Source: Eledone cirrhosa
Taxonomy: Eukaryota
Direction of reading: 5' to 3'
DNA: 64,000 bases
Assembly (NCBI GenBank): GCA_964016885.1
Contig: OZ024742.1
Location: 166,656,001-166,720,000, forward strand
A program made the translations under genes and the position numbers. The notes beneath the pieces are model-generated. The model ran no database searches. It was not told where the DNA came from and saw only the letters and a list, made by a program, of their open reading frames with translations. This document shows, piece by piece, positions 36,101 to 49,990 of this stretch (its first letter is position 1; the number at the start of each line of letters is the position of its first letter).

Positions 36101-39100
36101 AAGGGGAGATAATTTCCAGCCGTCGAAGGGTAGATAATATCCAGCCGTCCAAGGAGACATATTTTCCAGCCGTCCAAGGAGAGGTAATTTCTAGCCGTCC
36201 AAGTGGAGATAAATTCCAGCCTCCAAGGGGAGATAATTTCCAGCCAGCCAAGGGGAGATAATTTGTAAAAAAATCAGGGGGAGATAATTTGTAAAAAAAA
36301 ATCAGGGGGAGATAATTTGTAAAAAAAATCAGGGGGAGATAATTTGTAAAAAAAATCAAGGGGAGATAATTTCCAGCCGTCCAAGGGGAGATAATTTTCA
36401 GCCGTCCAAGGGGAGATAATTTCCCGCCAGCCAAGGGAAGATAATATTTAAAAAATGAGGCGGAGATAATTTGTAAAAAAAAATCAGGGGTAGATAATTT
36501 GTAAAAAAAATCAGGGGGAGATAATTTGTAAAAAAAATCAAGGGGAGATAATTTCCAGCCGTCCAAGGAGAGATAATTTTTAAAAAAAATCAGGCGGAGA
36601 TAATTTGTAAAAAAAAAATCAGGGGGAGATAATTTGTAAAAAAAAATCAGGGGGAGATAATTTGTAAAAAAAATCAAGGGGAGATAATTTCCAGCCGTCC
36701 AAGGGGAGATAATTTTCAGCCGTCCAAGGGGAGATAATTTCCAGCCGTCCAAGGGGAGATAATTTTTTTTTAAAAATCAGGCGGAGATAATTTGTAAAAA
36801 AAAAATCAGGGGGAGATAATTTGTAAAAAAAAATCAGGGGGAGATAATTTGTAAAAAAAAATCAGGGGGAGATAATTTGTAAAAAAAATCAAGGGGAGAT
36901 AATTTCCAGCCGTCCAAGGGAAGATAATTTCCAGCCCTCCAAGGGGCTATAATTTCCAGCGTCCAAGGGGAGATAATTTCCAGCCAGCGAAGGGGAGATA
37001 ATTGTTTTAAAAAAATCATTGGGAGATTTGTAAAAAAAATCAGGGGGAGATAATTAATAAAAAAAATCAAGGGGAGATAATTTCCAGCCGTCCAAGGGGA
37101 GGTAATATCTAGCCGTCCAAGGGGAGATAATTTCCAGCCGTCCAAGGGGAGATAATTTCCAGCCGTCCAAGGGTAGATAATATCCAGCCGTCCAAGGAGA
37201 CATATTTTCCAGCCGTCCAAGGAGAGGTAATTTCTAGCCGTCCAAGGGGAGATAAATTCCAGCCTCCAAGGGGAGATAATTTCCAGCCAGCCAAGGGGAG
37301 ATAATTTGTAAAAAAATCAGGGGGAGATAATTTGTAAAAAAAATCAGGGGTAGATAATTTGTAAAAAAAAATCAGGGGGAGATAATTTGTAAAAAAAAAT
37401 CAGGGGGAGATAATTTGTAAAAAAAATCAAGGGGAGATAATTTCCAGCCGTCCAAGGAGAGATAATTTAAAAAAAAATCAGGCGGAGATAATTTGTAAAA
37501 AAAAATCAGGGGGAGATAATTTGTAAAAAAAAATCAGGGGGAGATAATTTGTAAAAAAAATCAAGGGGAGATAATTTCCAGCCGTCCAAGGGGAGATAAT
37601 TTCCAGCCGTCCAAGGGGAGATAATTTTTTAAAAAAAATCAGGCGGAGATAATTTGTAAAAAAAATCAGGGGTAGATAATTTGTAAAAAAAAATCAGGGG
37701 GAGATAATTTGTAAAAAAAAATCAGGGGGAGATAATTTCCAGCCGTCCAAGGTAAGATAATTTCCAGCCCTCCAAGGGGCTATAATTTCCAGCCGTCCAA
37801 GGGTAGATAATATCCAGCCGTCCAAGTAGACATATTTTCCAGCCGTCCAAGGAGAGGTAATTTCTAGCCGTCCAAGGGGAGATAAATTCCAGCCTCCAAG
37901 GGGAGATAATTTCCAGCCAGCCAAGGGGAGATAATTTGTAAAAAAATCAGGGGGAGATAATTTGTAAAAAAAATCAGGGGGAGATAATTTGTAAAAAAAA
38001 ATCAGGGGGAGATAATTTGTAAAAAAAAATCAGGGGGAGATAATTTCCAGCCGTCCAAGGGGAGATAATTTTCAGCCGTCCAAGGGTAGATAATATCCAG
38101 CCGTCCAAGTAGACATTTTCCAGCCGTCCAAGGAGAGGTAATTTCTAGCCGTCCAAGGGGAGATAAATTCCAGCCTCCAAGGGGAGATAATTTCCAGCCA
38201 GCCAAGGGGAGATAATTTGTAAAAAAATCAGGGGGAGATAATTTGTAAAAAAAATCAGGGGGAGATAATTTGTAAAAAAAAATCAGGGGGAGATAATTTG
38301 TAAAAAAAAATGAGGGGGAGATAATTTGTAAAAAAAAATCAGGGGGAGATAATTTGTAAAAAAAATCAAGGGGAGATAATTTCCAGCCGTCCAAGGGGAG
38401 ATAATTTTCAGCCGTCCAAGGGGAGATAATTTCCAGCCGTCCAAGGGGAGATAATTTCCATCCTTCCAAGGGGAGATAATTTCCAGCCGTCCAAGGGGAG
38501 ATAATTTTCAGCCGTCCAAGGGGAGATAATTTCCCGCCAGCCAAGGGAAGATAATATTTTAAAAAATCAGGCGGAGATAATTTGTAAAAAAAATCAGGGG
38601 GAGATAATTTGTAAAAAAAATCAGGGGGAGATAATTTGTAAAAAAAAAATCAGGGGGAGATAATTTGTAAAAAAAAATCAGGGGTAGATAATTTGTAAAA
38701 AAAAATCAGGGGGAGATAATTTGTAAAAAAAAATCAGGGGGAGATAATTTGTAAAAAAAATCAGGGGGAGATAATTTGTAAAAAAAAATCAGGGGGAGAT
38801 AATTTCCGGCCGTCCAAGGGGAGATAATTTTCAACCGTCCAAGGGGAGATAATTTCCCGCCAGCCAAGGGAAGATAATATTTAAAAAAATCAGGCGGAGA
38901 TAATTTGTAAAAAAAATCAGGGGGAGATAATTTGTAAAAAAATCAGGGGGAGATAATTTGTAAAAAAAATCAAGGGGAGATAATTTCCAGCCGTCCAAGG
39001 GGAGGTAATATCTAGCCGTCCAAGGGGAGATAATTTCCAGCCGTCCAAGAGGAGATAATTTCCAGCCGTCCAAGGGTAGATAATATCCAGCCGTCCAAGG

Positions 39101-41210
39101 AGACATATTTTCCAGCCGTCCAAGGAGAGGTAATTTCTAGCCGTCCAAGGGGAGATAAATTCCAGCCTCCAAGGGGAGATAATTTCCAGCCAGCCAAGGG
39201 GAGATAATTTGTAAAAAAAATCAGGGGGAGATAATTTGTAAAAAAAATCAGGGGGAGATAATTTGTAAAAAAATCAGGGGGAGATAATTTGTAAAAAAAA
39301 AATCAGGGGGAGATAATTTGTAAAAAAAATCAGGGGGAGATGATTTGTAAAAAAAAATCAGGGGTAGATAATTTGTAAAAAAAAATCAGGGGGAGATAAT
39401 TTGTAAAAAAAAATCAGGGGGAGATAATTTGTAAAAAAAATCAAGGGGAGATAATTTCCAGCCGTCGAAGGGAAGATAATTTCCAGCCCTCCAAGGGGCT
39501 ATAATTTCCAGCGTCCAAGGGGAGATAATTTCCAGCCGTCCAAGGGGAGATAATTTCCAGCCGTCCAAGGGTAGATAATATCCAGCCGTCCAAGTAGACA
39601 TTTTCCAGCCGTCCAAGGAGAGGTAATTTATAGCCGTCCAAGGGGAGATAAATTCCAGCCTCCAAGGGGAGATAATTTCCAGCCAGCCAAGGGGAGATAA
39701 TTTGTAAAAAAATCAGGGGGAGATAATTTGTAAAAAAAATCAGGGGGAGATAATTTGTAAAAAAAAATCAGGGGGAGATAATTTGTAAAAAAAATCAGGG
39801 GGAGATAATTTGTAAAAAAAATCAGGGGGAGATAATTTGTAAAAAAAATCAAGGGGAGATAATTTCCAGCCGTCCAAGGGGAGATAATTTTCAGCCGTCC
39901 AAGGGGAGATAATTTCCAGCCGTCCAAGGGGAGATAATTTCCATCCTTCCAAGGGGAGATAATTTCCAGCCGTCCAAGGGGAGATAATTTTCAGCCGTCC
40001 AAGGGGAGATAATTTCCCGCCAGCCAAGGGAAGATAATATTTTAAAAAATCAGGCGGAGATAATTTGTAAAAAAAATCAGGGGGAGATAATTTGTAAAAA
40101 AATCAGGGGGAGATAATTTGTAAAAAAAAAATCAGGGGGAGATAATTTGTAAAAAAAATCAGGGGGAGATAATTTGTAAAAAAAAATCAGGGGTAGATAA
40201 TTTGTAAAAAAAAATCAGGGGGAGATAATTTGTAAAAAAAAAATCAGGGGGAGATAATTTGTAAAAAAAATCAAGGGGAGATAATTTCCAGCCGTCCAAG
40301 GAGAGATAATTTTAAAAAAAAATCAGGCGGAGATAATTTGTAAAAAAAAATCAAGGGGAGATAATTTGTAAAAAAAATCAAGGGGAGATAATTTCCAGCC
40401 GTCCAAGGGAAGATAATTTCCAGCACTCCAAGGGGCTATAATTTCCAGTGTCCAAGGGGAGATAATTTCCAGCCAGCGAAGGGGAGATAATTTTTTTAAA
40501 AAAATCAGGGGGAGATATGTAAAAAAAATCAGAGGGAGATAATTTCTAAAAAAAATCAAAGGGAGATAATTTCCAGCCGTCCAAAGAGAGATAATTTCTA
40601 GCCGTCCAAGGGGAGATAATTTCCAGCCAAGGGGAGATAATTTCCAGCCGTCCAAGGGGAGATAATTATTTAAAAAATCAGGTGGAGATAATTTGTAAAA
40701 AAAATCAGGGGGAGATAATTTGTAAAAACAAAATCAAGGGCAGATAATTTCCAGCTGTCCAAGGGGAGATAATTTCCAGCCGTGCAAGGGGAGATAATTT
40801 CCAGCCGTCCAAGGGGAGATAATTTCCATCCTTCCAAGGGGAGATAATGTCCAGCCGTCCAAGGGGAGATAATTTCCCGCCAGCCAAGGGAAGATAATTT
40901 TTAAAAAAATCAGGCGGAGATTGTAAAAAAAATCAGGGGGAGATAATTTGTAAAAAAAAAATCAGGGGGAGATAATTTGTAAAAAAAATCAGGGGTAGAT
41001 AATTTGTAAAAAAAAATCAGGGGGAGATAATTTGTAAAAAAAAATCAGGGGGAGATAATTTCTAAAAAAATCAAGGGGAGATAATATGCAGCCGTCCAAG
41101 GGGAGATAATTTTCAGCCGTCCAAGGAGAGGTAATTTCTAGCCGTCCAAGGGGAGATAATTTCCAGCCGTCCAAGGGGAGATAATTTCCAGCCGTCCAAG
41201 GGGAGATAGT
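33150..41210 (+). repeat. About 8-kb block duplicated at about 55765-64000
   Basis: Identical ORF translations at offset 22613 (33872/56485, 34554/57167, 35796/58409, 36066/58679), then 22792 and 22790 (36834/59626, 40989/63779). Shared rare variants include a T13 tract, GTACAAAA, CAGCGGGAG, GCCATGCAAG and TTTATAGCC. Confidence 0.9.
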
Positions 41211-41599
41211 TTTTTTAAAAAAATCAGGCGGAGATAATTTGTAAAAAAAAAATCAGGGGGAGATAATTTGTAAAAAAAAATCAGGGGGAGATAATTTGTA
41301 AAAAAAAATCAGGGGGAGATAATTTGTAAAAAAAATCAGGGGGAGATAATTAGTAAAAAAAATCAAGGGGAGATAATTTCCAGCCGTCCAAGGGGAGGTA
41401 ATATCTAGCCGTCCAAGGGGAGATAATTTCCAGCCGTCCAAGGGGAGATAATTTCCAGCCGTCCAAGGGTAGATAATATCCAGCCGTCCAAGTAGACATA
41501 TTTTCCAGCCGTCCAAGGAGAGGTAATTTCTAGCCGTCCAAGGGGAGATGAATTCCAGCCTCCAAGGGGAGATAATTTCCAGCCAGCCAAGGGGAGATA

Positions 41600-44500
41600 A
41601 TTTGTAAAAAAATCAGGGGGAGATAATTTGTAAAAAAAATCAGGGGGAGATAATTTGTAAAAAAAATCAGGGGGAGATAATTTGTAAAAAAAAATCAGGG
41701 GGAGATAATTTGTAAAAAAAATCAGGGGGAGATAATTTGTAAAAAAAAATCAGGGGGAGATAATTTGTAAAAAAAAATCAGGGGGAGATAATTTGTAAAA
41801 AAAAATCAGGGGGAGATAATTTGTAAAAAAAATCAAGGGAGATAATTTGCAGCCGTCCAAGGAGAGATAATTTTCAGCCGTCCAAGGAGAGGTAATTTCT
41901 AGCTGTCCAAGGTGAGATAATATCCAGCCGTCCAAGGGGAGATAATTTCCAGCCGTCCAAGGGGAGATAATTTTAAAATAAAAACAGGCGAAGATAATTT
42001 GTAAAAAAAAAATCAGGGGGAGATAATTTGTAAAAAAAAATCAGGGGGAGATAATTTGTAAAAAAAATCAGGGGGAGGTAATTTGTAAAAAAAATCAAGG
42101 GGAGATAATTTCCAGCCGTCCAAGGGAAGATAATTTCCAGCCCTCCAAGGGGCTATAATTTCCAGCGTCCAAGGGGAGATAATTTCCAGCCAGCGAAGGG
42201 GAGATAATTTTTTTTTTTTTAAATCAGGGGGACATAATTTGTAAAAAAAATCAGGGGGAGATAATTTGTAAAAAAAATCAAGGGGAGATAATTTGTAAAA
42301 AAAAATCAGGGGGAGATAATTTGTAAAAAAAAATCAGGGGGAGATAATTTGTAAAAAAAATCAAGGGGAGATAATTTGTAAAAAAAAATCAAGGGGAGAT
42401 AATTTCCAGCCGTCCAAGGGGAGATAATTTTCAGCCGTCCAAGGGGAGATAATTTCCCGCCAGCCAATGAAAGATAATATTTAAAAAAATCAGGCGGAGA
42501 TAATTTGTAAAAAAAATCAGGGGGAGATAATTTGTAAAAAAATCAGGGGGAGATAATTTGTAAAAAAAAAATCAGGGGGAGATAATTTGTAAAAAAAATC
42601 AGGGGGAGATAATTTGTAAAAAAAAATCAGGGGGAGATAATTTGTAAAAAAAATCAGGGGGAGATAATTTGTAAAAAAAATCAATTGGAGATAATTTCCA
42701 GCCGTCCAAGGGGAGATAATTTTCAGCCGTCCAATGAGAGGTAATTTCTAGACGTCCAAGGGGAGATAATTTCCAGCCGTCCAAGGGGAGATAATTTCCA
42801 GCCGTCCAAGGGTAGATAATATCCAGCCGTCCAAGGAGACATATTTTCCAGCTTTCCAAGGAGAGGTAATTTCTAGCCGTCCAAGGGGAGATAAATTCCA
42901 GCCTCCAAGGGGAGATAATTTCCAGCCAGCCAAGGGGAGATAATTTGTAAAAAAATCAGGGGGAGATAATTTGTAAAAAAAATCAGGGGGAGATAATTTG
43001 TAAAAAAAATCAGGGGGAGATAATTTGTAAAAAACATCAAGGGGAGATAATTTCCAGCCGTCCAAGGGGAGATAATTTTCAGCCGTCCAAGGGGAGATAA
43101 TTTCCCGCCAGCCAAGGGAAGATAATATTTAAAAAATGAGGCGGAGATAATTTGTAAAAAAAATCAGGGGGAGATAATTTGTAAAAAAATCAGGGGGAGA
43201 TAATTTGTAAAAAAAAAATCAGGGGGAGATAATTTGTAAAAAAAATCAGGGGGAGATAATTTGTAAAAAAAAATCAGGGGTAGATAATTTGTAAAAAAAA
43301 ATCAGGGGGAGATAATTTGTAAAAAAAATCAGGGGGAGATAATTTGTAAAAAAAATCAAGGGGAGATAATTTCCAGCCGTCCAAGGGAAGATAATTTCAA
43401 GCCCTCCAAGGGGCTATAATTTCCAGTGTCCAAGGGGAGATAATTTCCAGCCAGCGAAGGGGAGATAATTTTTTTTTAAAAATCAGGGGGAGATTTGTAA
43501 AAAAAATCAGGGGGAGATAATTTGTAAAAAAAATCAAAGGGAAATAATTTCCAGCCGTCCAAAGAGAGATAATTTCTAGCCGTCCAAGGGGAGATAATTT
43601 CGAGCCAAGGGGAGATAATTTCCAGCCGTCCAAGGGGAGATAATTTTTTAAAAAATCAGGTGGAGATAATTTGTAAAAAAAATCAGGGGGAGATAATTTG
43701 TAAAAACAAAATCAAGGGCAGATAATTTCCAGCTGTCCAAGGGGAGATAATTTCCAGCCGTGCAAGGGGAGATAATTTCCAGCCGTCCAAGGGGAGATAA
43801 TTTCCATCCTTCCAAGGGGAGATAATTTCCAGCCGTCCAAGGGGAGATAATTTCCCGCCAGCCAAGGGAAGATAATTTTTTAAAAAATCAGGCGGAGATT
43901 GTAAAAAAAATCAGGGGGAGATAATTTGTAAAAAAATCAGGGGGAGATAATTTGTAAAAAAATCAAGGGGAGATAATTTCCAGCTGTCCAAGGGGAGGTA
44001 ATATCTAGCCGTCCAAGGGGAGATAATTTCCAGCCGTCCAAGGGGAGATAATTTCCAGCCGTCCAAGGGTAGATAATATCCAGCCGTCCAAGGAGACATA
44101 TTTTCCAGCCGTCCAAGGAGAGGTAATTTCTAGCCGTCCAAGGGGAGATAAATTCCAGCCTCCAAGGGGAGATAATTTCCAGCCAGCCAAGGGGAGATAA
44201 TTTGTAAAAAAATCAGGGGGAGATAATTTGTAAAAAAAGTCAGGGGTAGATAATTTGTAAAAAAAAATCAGGGGGAGATAATTTGTAAAAAAAAATCAGG
44301 GGGAGATAATTTGTAAAAAAGATCAAGGGGAGATAATTTCCAGCCGTCCAAGGAGAGATAATTTTTAAAAAAAAATCAGGCGGAGATAATTTGTAAAAAA
44401 AAATCAGGGGGAGATAATTTGTAAAAAAAAATAAGGGGGAGATAATTTGTAAAAAAAATCAAGGGGAGATAATTTCCAGCCGTCCAAGGGGAGATAATTT

Positions 44501-47500
44501 CCAGCCGTCCAAGGGGAGATAAATTTTTTAAAAAAATCAGGCGGAGATAATTTGTAAAAAAAATCAGGGGGAGATAATTTGTAAAAAAAAATCAGGGGGA
44601 GATAATTTGTAAAAAAAATCAGGGGGAGATAATTTCCAGCCGTCCAAGGTAAGATAATTTCCAGCCCTCCAAGGGGCTATAATTTCCAGCATCCAAGGGG
44701 AGATAATTTCCAGCCGTCCAAGGGTAGATAATATCCAGCCGTCCAAGTAGACATATTTTCCAGCCGTCCAAGGAGAGGTAATTTCTAGCCGTCCAAGGGG
44801 AGATAAATTCCAGCCTCCAAGGGGAGATAATTTCCAGCCAGCCAAGGGGAGATAATTTGTAAAAAAATCAGGGGGAGATAATTTGTAAAAAAAATCAGGG
44901 AGATAATTTGTAAAAAAAAATCAGGGGGAGATAATTTGTAAAAAAAAATCAGCGGGAGATAATTTCCAGCCGTCCAAGGGGAGATAATTTTCAGCCGTCC
45001 AAGGGTAGATAATATCCAGCCGTCCAAGTAGACATTTTCCAGCCGTCCAAGGAGAGGTAATTTCTAGCCGTCCAAGGGGAGATAAATTCCAGCCTCCAAG
45101 GGGAGATAATTTCCAGCCAGCCAAGGGGAGATAATTTGTAAAAAAATCAGGGGGAGATAATTTGTAAAAAAAATCAGGGGGAGATAATTTGTAAAAAAAA
45201 ATCAGGGGGAGATAATTTGTAAAAAAAAAATCAGGGGGAGATAATTTGTAAAAAAAAATCAGGGGGAGATAATTTGTAAAAAAAATCAAGGGGAGATAAT
45301 TTCCAGCCGTCCAAGGGGAGATAATTTTCAGCCGTCCAAGGGGAGATAATTTCCAGACGTCCAAGGGGAGATAATTTCCATCCTTCCAAGGGGAGATAAT
45401 TTCCAGCCTTCCAAGGGGAGATAATTTTCAGCCGTCCAAGGGGAGATAATTTCCCGCCAGCCAAGGGAAGATAATATTTTAAAAAATCAGGCGGAGATAA
45501 TTTGTAAAAAAATCAGGGGGAGATAATTTGTAAAAAAAAAATCAGGGGGAGATAATTTGTAAAAAAAATCAGGGGGAGATAATTTGTAAAAAAAAATCAG
45601 GGGTAGATAATTTGTAAAAAAAAATCAGGGGGAGATAATTTGTAAAAAAAAAATCAGGGGGAGATAATTTGTAAAAAAAATCAAGGGGAGATAATTTCCA
45701 GCCGTCCAAGGAGAGATAATTTTTAAAAAAAATCAGGCGGAGATAATTTGTAAAAAAAAATCAAGGGGAGATAATTTGTAAAAAAAAATCAGGGGGAGAT
45801 AATTTGTAAAAAAATCAAGGGGAGATAATTTCCAGCCGTCCAAGGGAAGATAATTTCCAGCACTCCAAGGGGCTATAATTTCCAGTGTCCAAGGGGAGAT
45901 AATTTCCAGCCAGCGAAGGGGAGATAATTTTTTTAAAAAAATCAGGGGGAGATATGTAAAAAAAATCAGAGGGAGATAATTTCTAAAAAAAATCAAAGGG
46001 AGATAATTTCCAGCCGTCCAAAGAGAGATAATTTCTAGCCGTCCAAGGGGAGATAATTTCCAGCCAAGGGGAGATAATTTCCAGCCGTCCAAGGGAAGAT
46101 AATTATTTAAAAAATCAGGTGGAGATAATTTGTAAAAAAAATCAGGGGGAGATAATTTGTAAAAACAAAATCAAGGGCAGATAATTTCCAGCTGTCCAAG
46201 GGGAGATAATTTCCAGCCGTGCAAGGGGAGATAATTTCCAGCCGTCCAAGGGGAGATAATTTCCATCCTTCCAAGGGGAGATAATCTCCAGCCGTCCAAG
46301 GGGAGATAATTTCCCGCCAGCCAAGGGAAGATAATTTTTAAAAAAATCAGGCGGAGATTGTAAAAAAAATCAGGGGGAGATAATTTGTAAAAAAATCAGG
46401 GGGATAATTTGTAAAAAAAAAATCAGGGGAGATAATTTGTAAAAAAAAATCAGGGGGAGATAATTTGTAAAAAAAAAATCAGGGGGAGATAATTTGTAAA
46501 AAAAATCAGGGGTAGATAATTTGTAAAAAAAATCAGGGGGAGATAATTTGTAAAAAAAAATCAGTGGGAGATAATTTGTAAAAAAATCAAGGGGAGATAA
46601 TATGCAGCCGTCCAAGGGGAGATAACTTTCAGCCTTCCAAGGAGAGTTAATTTCTAGCCGTCCAAGGGGAGATAATTTCCAGCCGTCCAAGGGGAGATAA
46701 TTTCCAGCCGTCCAAGGGGAGATAGTTTTTTTAAAAAAATCAGGCGGAGATAATTTGTAAAAAAAAAATCAGGGGGAGATAATTTGTAAAAAAAAATCAG
46801 GGGGAGATAATTTGTAAAAAAAAATCAAGGGGAGATAATTTGTAAAAAAAATCAGGGGGAGATAATTAGTAAAAAAATCAAGGGGAGATAATTTCCAGCC
46901 GTCCAAGGGGAGGTAATATCTAGCCGTCCAAGGGGAGATAATTTCCAGCCGTCCAAGGGGAGATAATTTCCAGCCGTCCAAGGGTAGATAATATCCAGCC
47001 GTCCAAGTAGACATATTTTCCAGCCGTCCAAGGAGAGGTAATTTCTAGCCGTCCAAGGGGAGATAAATTCCAGCCTCCAAGGGGAGATAATTTCCAGCAA
47101 GCCAAGGGGAGATAATTTGTAAAAAAATCAGGGGGAGATCATTTGTAAAAAAAATCAGGGGGAGATAATTTGTAAAAAAAAATCAGGGGGAGATAATTTG
47201 TAAAAAAAAATCAGGGGGAGATAATTTGTAAAAAAAAATCAGGGGGAGATAATTTGTAAAAAAAATCAAGGGGAGATAATTTCCAGCCGTCCAAGGGGAG
47301 ATAATTTCCAGCCGTCCAAGGGGAGGTAATATCTAGCCGTCCAAGGGGAGATAATTTCCAGCCGTCCAAGAGGAGATAATTTCCAGCCGTCCAAGGGAAG
47401 ATAATTTCAAGCCCTCCAAGGGGCTATAATTTCCAGTGTCCAAGGGGAGATAATTTCCAGCCAGCGAAGGGGAGATAATTTTTTTTTAAAAATCAGGGGG

Positions 47501-49990
47501 AGATTTGTAAAAAAAATCAGGGGGAGATAATATGTAAAAAAAATCAAGGGGAGATAATTTCCAGCCGTCGAAGGGAAGATAATTTCCAGCCCTCCAAGGG
47601 GCTATAATTTCCAGCGTCCAAGGGGAGATAATTTCCAGCCAGCGAAGGGGAGATAATTTTTTTAAAAAAATCATTGGGAGATTTGTAAAAAAAATCAGGG
47701 AGAGATAATTTGTAAAAAAAATCAAGGGGAGATAATTTCCAGCCGTCCAAGGGGAGGTAATATCTAGCCGTCCAAGGGGAGATAATTTCCAGCCGTCAAA
47801 GGGGAGATAATTTCCAGCCGTCCAAGGGTAGATAATATCCAGCCGTCCAAGTAGACATTTTCCAGCCGTCCAAGGAGAGGTAATTTCTAGCCGTCCAAGG
47901 GGAGATAAATTCCAGCCTCCAAGGGGAGATAATTTCCAGCCAGCCAAGGGGAGATAATTTGTAAAAAAATCAGGGGGAGATAATTTGTAAAAAAAATCAG
48001 GGGGAGATAATTTGTAAAAAAAATCAGGGGGAGATAATTTGTAAAAAAAAATCAGGGGGAGATAATTTGTAAAAAAAATCAAGGGGAGATAATTTGCAGC
48101 CGTCCAAGGGGAGATAATTTTCAGCCGTCCAAGGAGAGGTAATTTCTAGCCGTCCAAGGTGAGATAATATCCAGCCGTCCAAGGGGAGATAATTTCCAGC
48201 CGTACAAGGGGAGATAATTTAAAAAAAAAAACAGGCGAAGATAATTTGTAAAAAAAAAATCAGGGGGAGATAATTTGTAAAAAAAAATCAGGGGGAGATA
48301 ATTTGTAAAAAAAAATCAGGGGGAGATAATTTTTTTAAAAAAATCAGGCGGAGATAATTTGTAAAAAAAATCAGGGGGAGGTAAAAAAAAATCAGGGGGA
48401 GATAATTTGTAAAAAAAAATCAGGGGGAGATAATTTCCAGCCGTCCAAGGTAAGATAATTTCCAGCCCTCCAAGGGGCTATAATTTCCAGCATCCAAGGG
48501 GAGATAATTTCCAGCCGTCCAAGGGTAGATAATATCCAGCCGTCCAAGTAGACATATTTTCCAGCCGTCCAAGGAGAGGTAATTTCTAGCCGTCCAAGGG
48601 GAGATAAATTCCAGCCTCCAAGGGGAGATAATTTCCAGCCAGCCAAGGGGAGATAATTTGTAAAAAAATCAGGGGGAGATAATTTGTAAAAAAAATCAGG
48701 GGGAGATAATTTGTAAAAAAAAATCAGGGGGAGATAATTTTTTAAAAAAAAATCAGGGGGAGATAATTTGTAAAAAAAAAATCAGGGGGAGATAATTTGT
48801 AAAAAAAATCAGGGGGAGATAATTTGTAAAAAAAAATCAGGGGTAGATAATTTGTAAAAAAAAATCAGGGGGAGATAATTTGTAAAAAAAATCAGGGGGA
48901 GATAATTTGTAAAAAAAATCAAGGGGAGATAATTTCCAGCCGTCCAAGGGAAGATAATTTCAAGCCCTCCAAGGGGCTATAATTTCCAGTGTCCAAGGGG
49001 AGATAATTTCCAGCCAGCGAAGGGGAGATAATTTTTTTTTAAAAATCAGGGGGAGATTTGTAAAAAAAATCAGGGGGAGATAATTTGTAAAAAAAATCAA
49101 AGGGAGATAATTTCCAGCCGTCCAAAGAGAGATAATTTCTAGCCGTCCAAGGGGAGATAATTTCGAGCCAAGGGGAGATAATTTCCAGCCGTCCAAGGGG
49201 AGATAATTTTTTAAAAAATCAGGTGGAGATAATTTGTAAAAAAAATCAGGGGGAGATAATTTGTAAAAACAAAATCAAGGGCAGATAATTTCCAGCTGTC
49301 CAAGGGGAGATAATTTCCAGCCGTGCAAGGGGAGATAATTTCCAGCCGTCCAAGGGGAGATAATTTCCATCCTTCCAAGGGGAGATAATTTCCAGCCGTC
49401 CAAGGGGAGATAATTTCCCGCCAGCCAAGGGAAGATAATTTTTTAAAAAATCAGGCGGAGATTGTAAAAAAAATCAGGGGGAGATAATTTGTAAAAAAAT
49501 CAGGGGGAGATAATTTGTAAAAAAATCAAGGGGAGATAATTTCCAGCTGTCCAAGGGGAGGTAATATCTAGCCGTCCAAGGGGAGATAATTTCCAGCCGT
49601 CCAAGGGGAGATAATTTCCAGCCGTCCAAGGGTAGATAATATCCAGCCGTCCAAGGAGACATATTTTCCAGCCCTCCAAGGAGAGGTAATTTCTAGCCGT
49701 CCAAGTGGAGATAAATTCCAGCCTCCAAGGGGAGATAATTTCCAGCCAGCCAAGGGGAGATAATTTGTAAAAAAATCAGGGGGAGATAATTTGTAAAAAA
49801 AATCAGGGGGAGATAATTTGTAAAAAAAAATCAGGGGGAGATAATTTGTAAAAAAAATCAGGGGGAGATAATTTGTAAAAAAAATCAAGGGGAGATAATT
49901 TCCAGCCGTCCAAGGGGAGATAATTTTCAGCCGTCCAAGGGGAGATAATTTCCCGCCAGCCAAGGGAAGATAATATTTAAAAAATGAGGC
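41600..49990 (+). repeat. Mosaic, variant-rich HOR domain with short anchor spacings (2.3-3.1 kb)
   Basis: Anchors at 43683, 46142 and 49246. Internal duplication at offset 5563 (43397/48960, 43683/49246, 43911/49474). About 47.2-48.3 kb matches about 18.1-19.2 kb at offset 29094. Confidence 0.75.
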
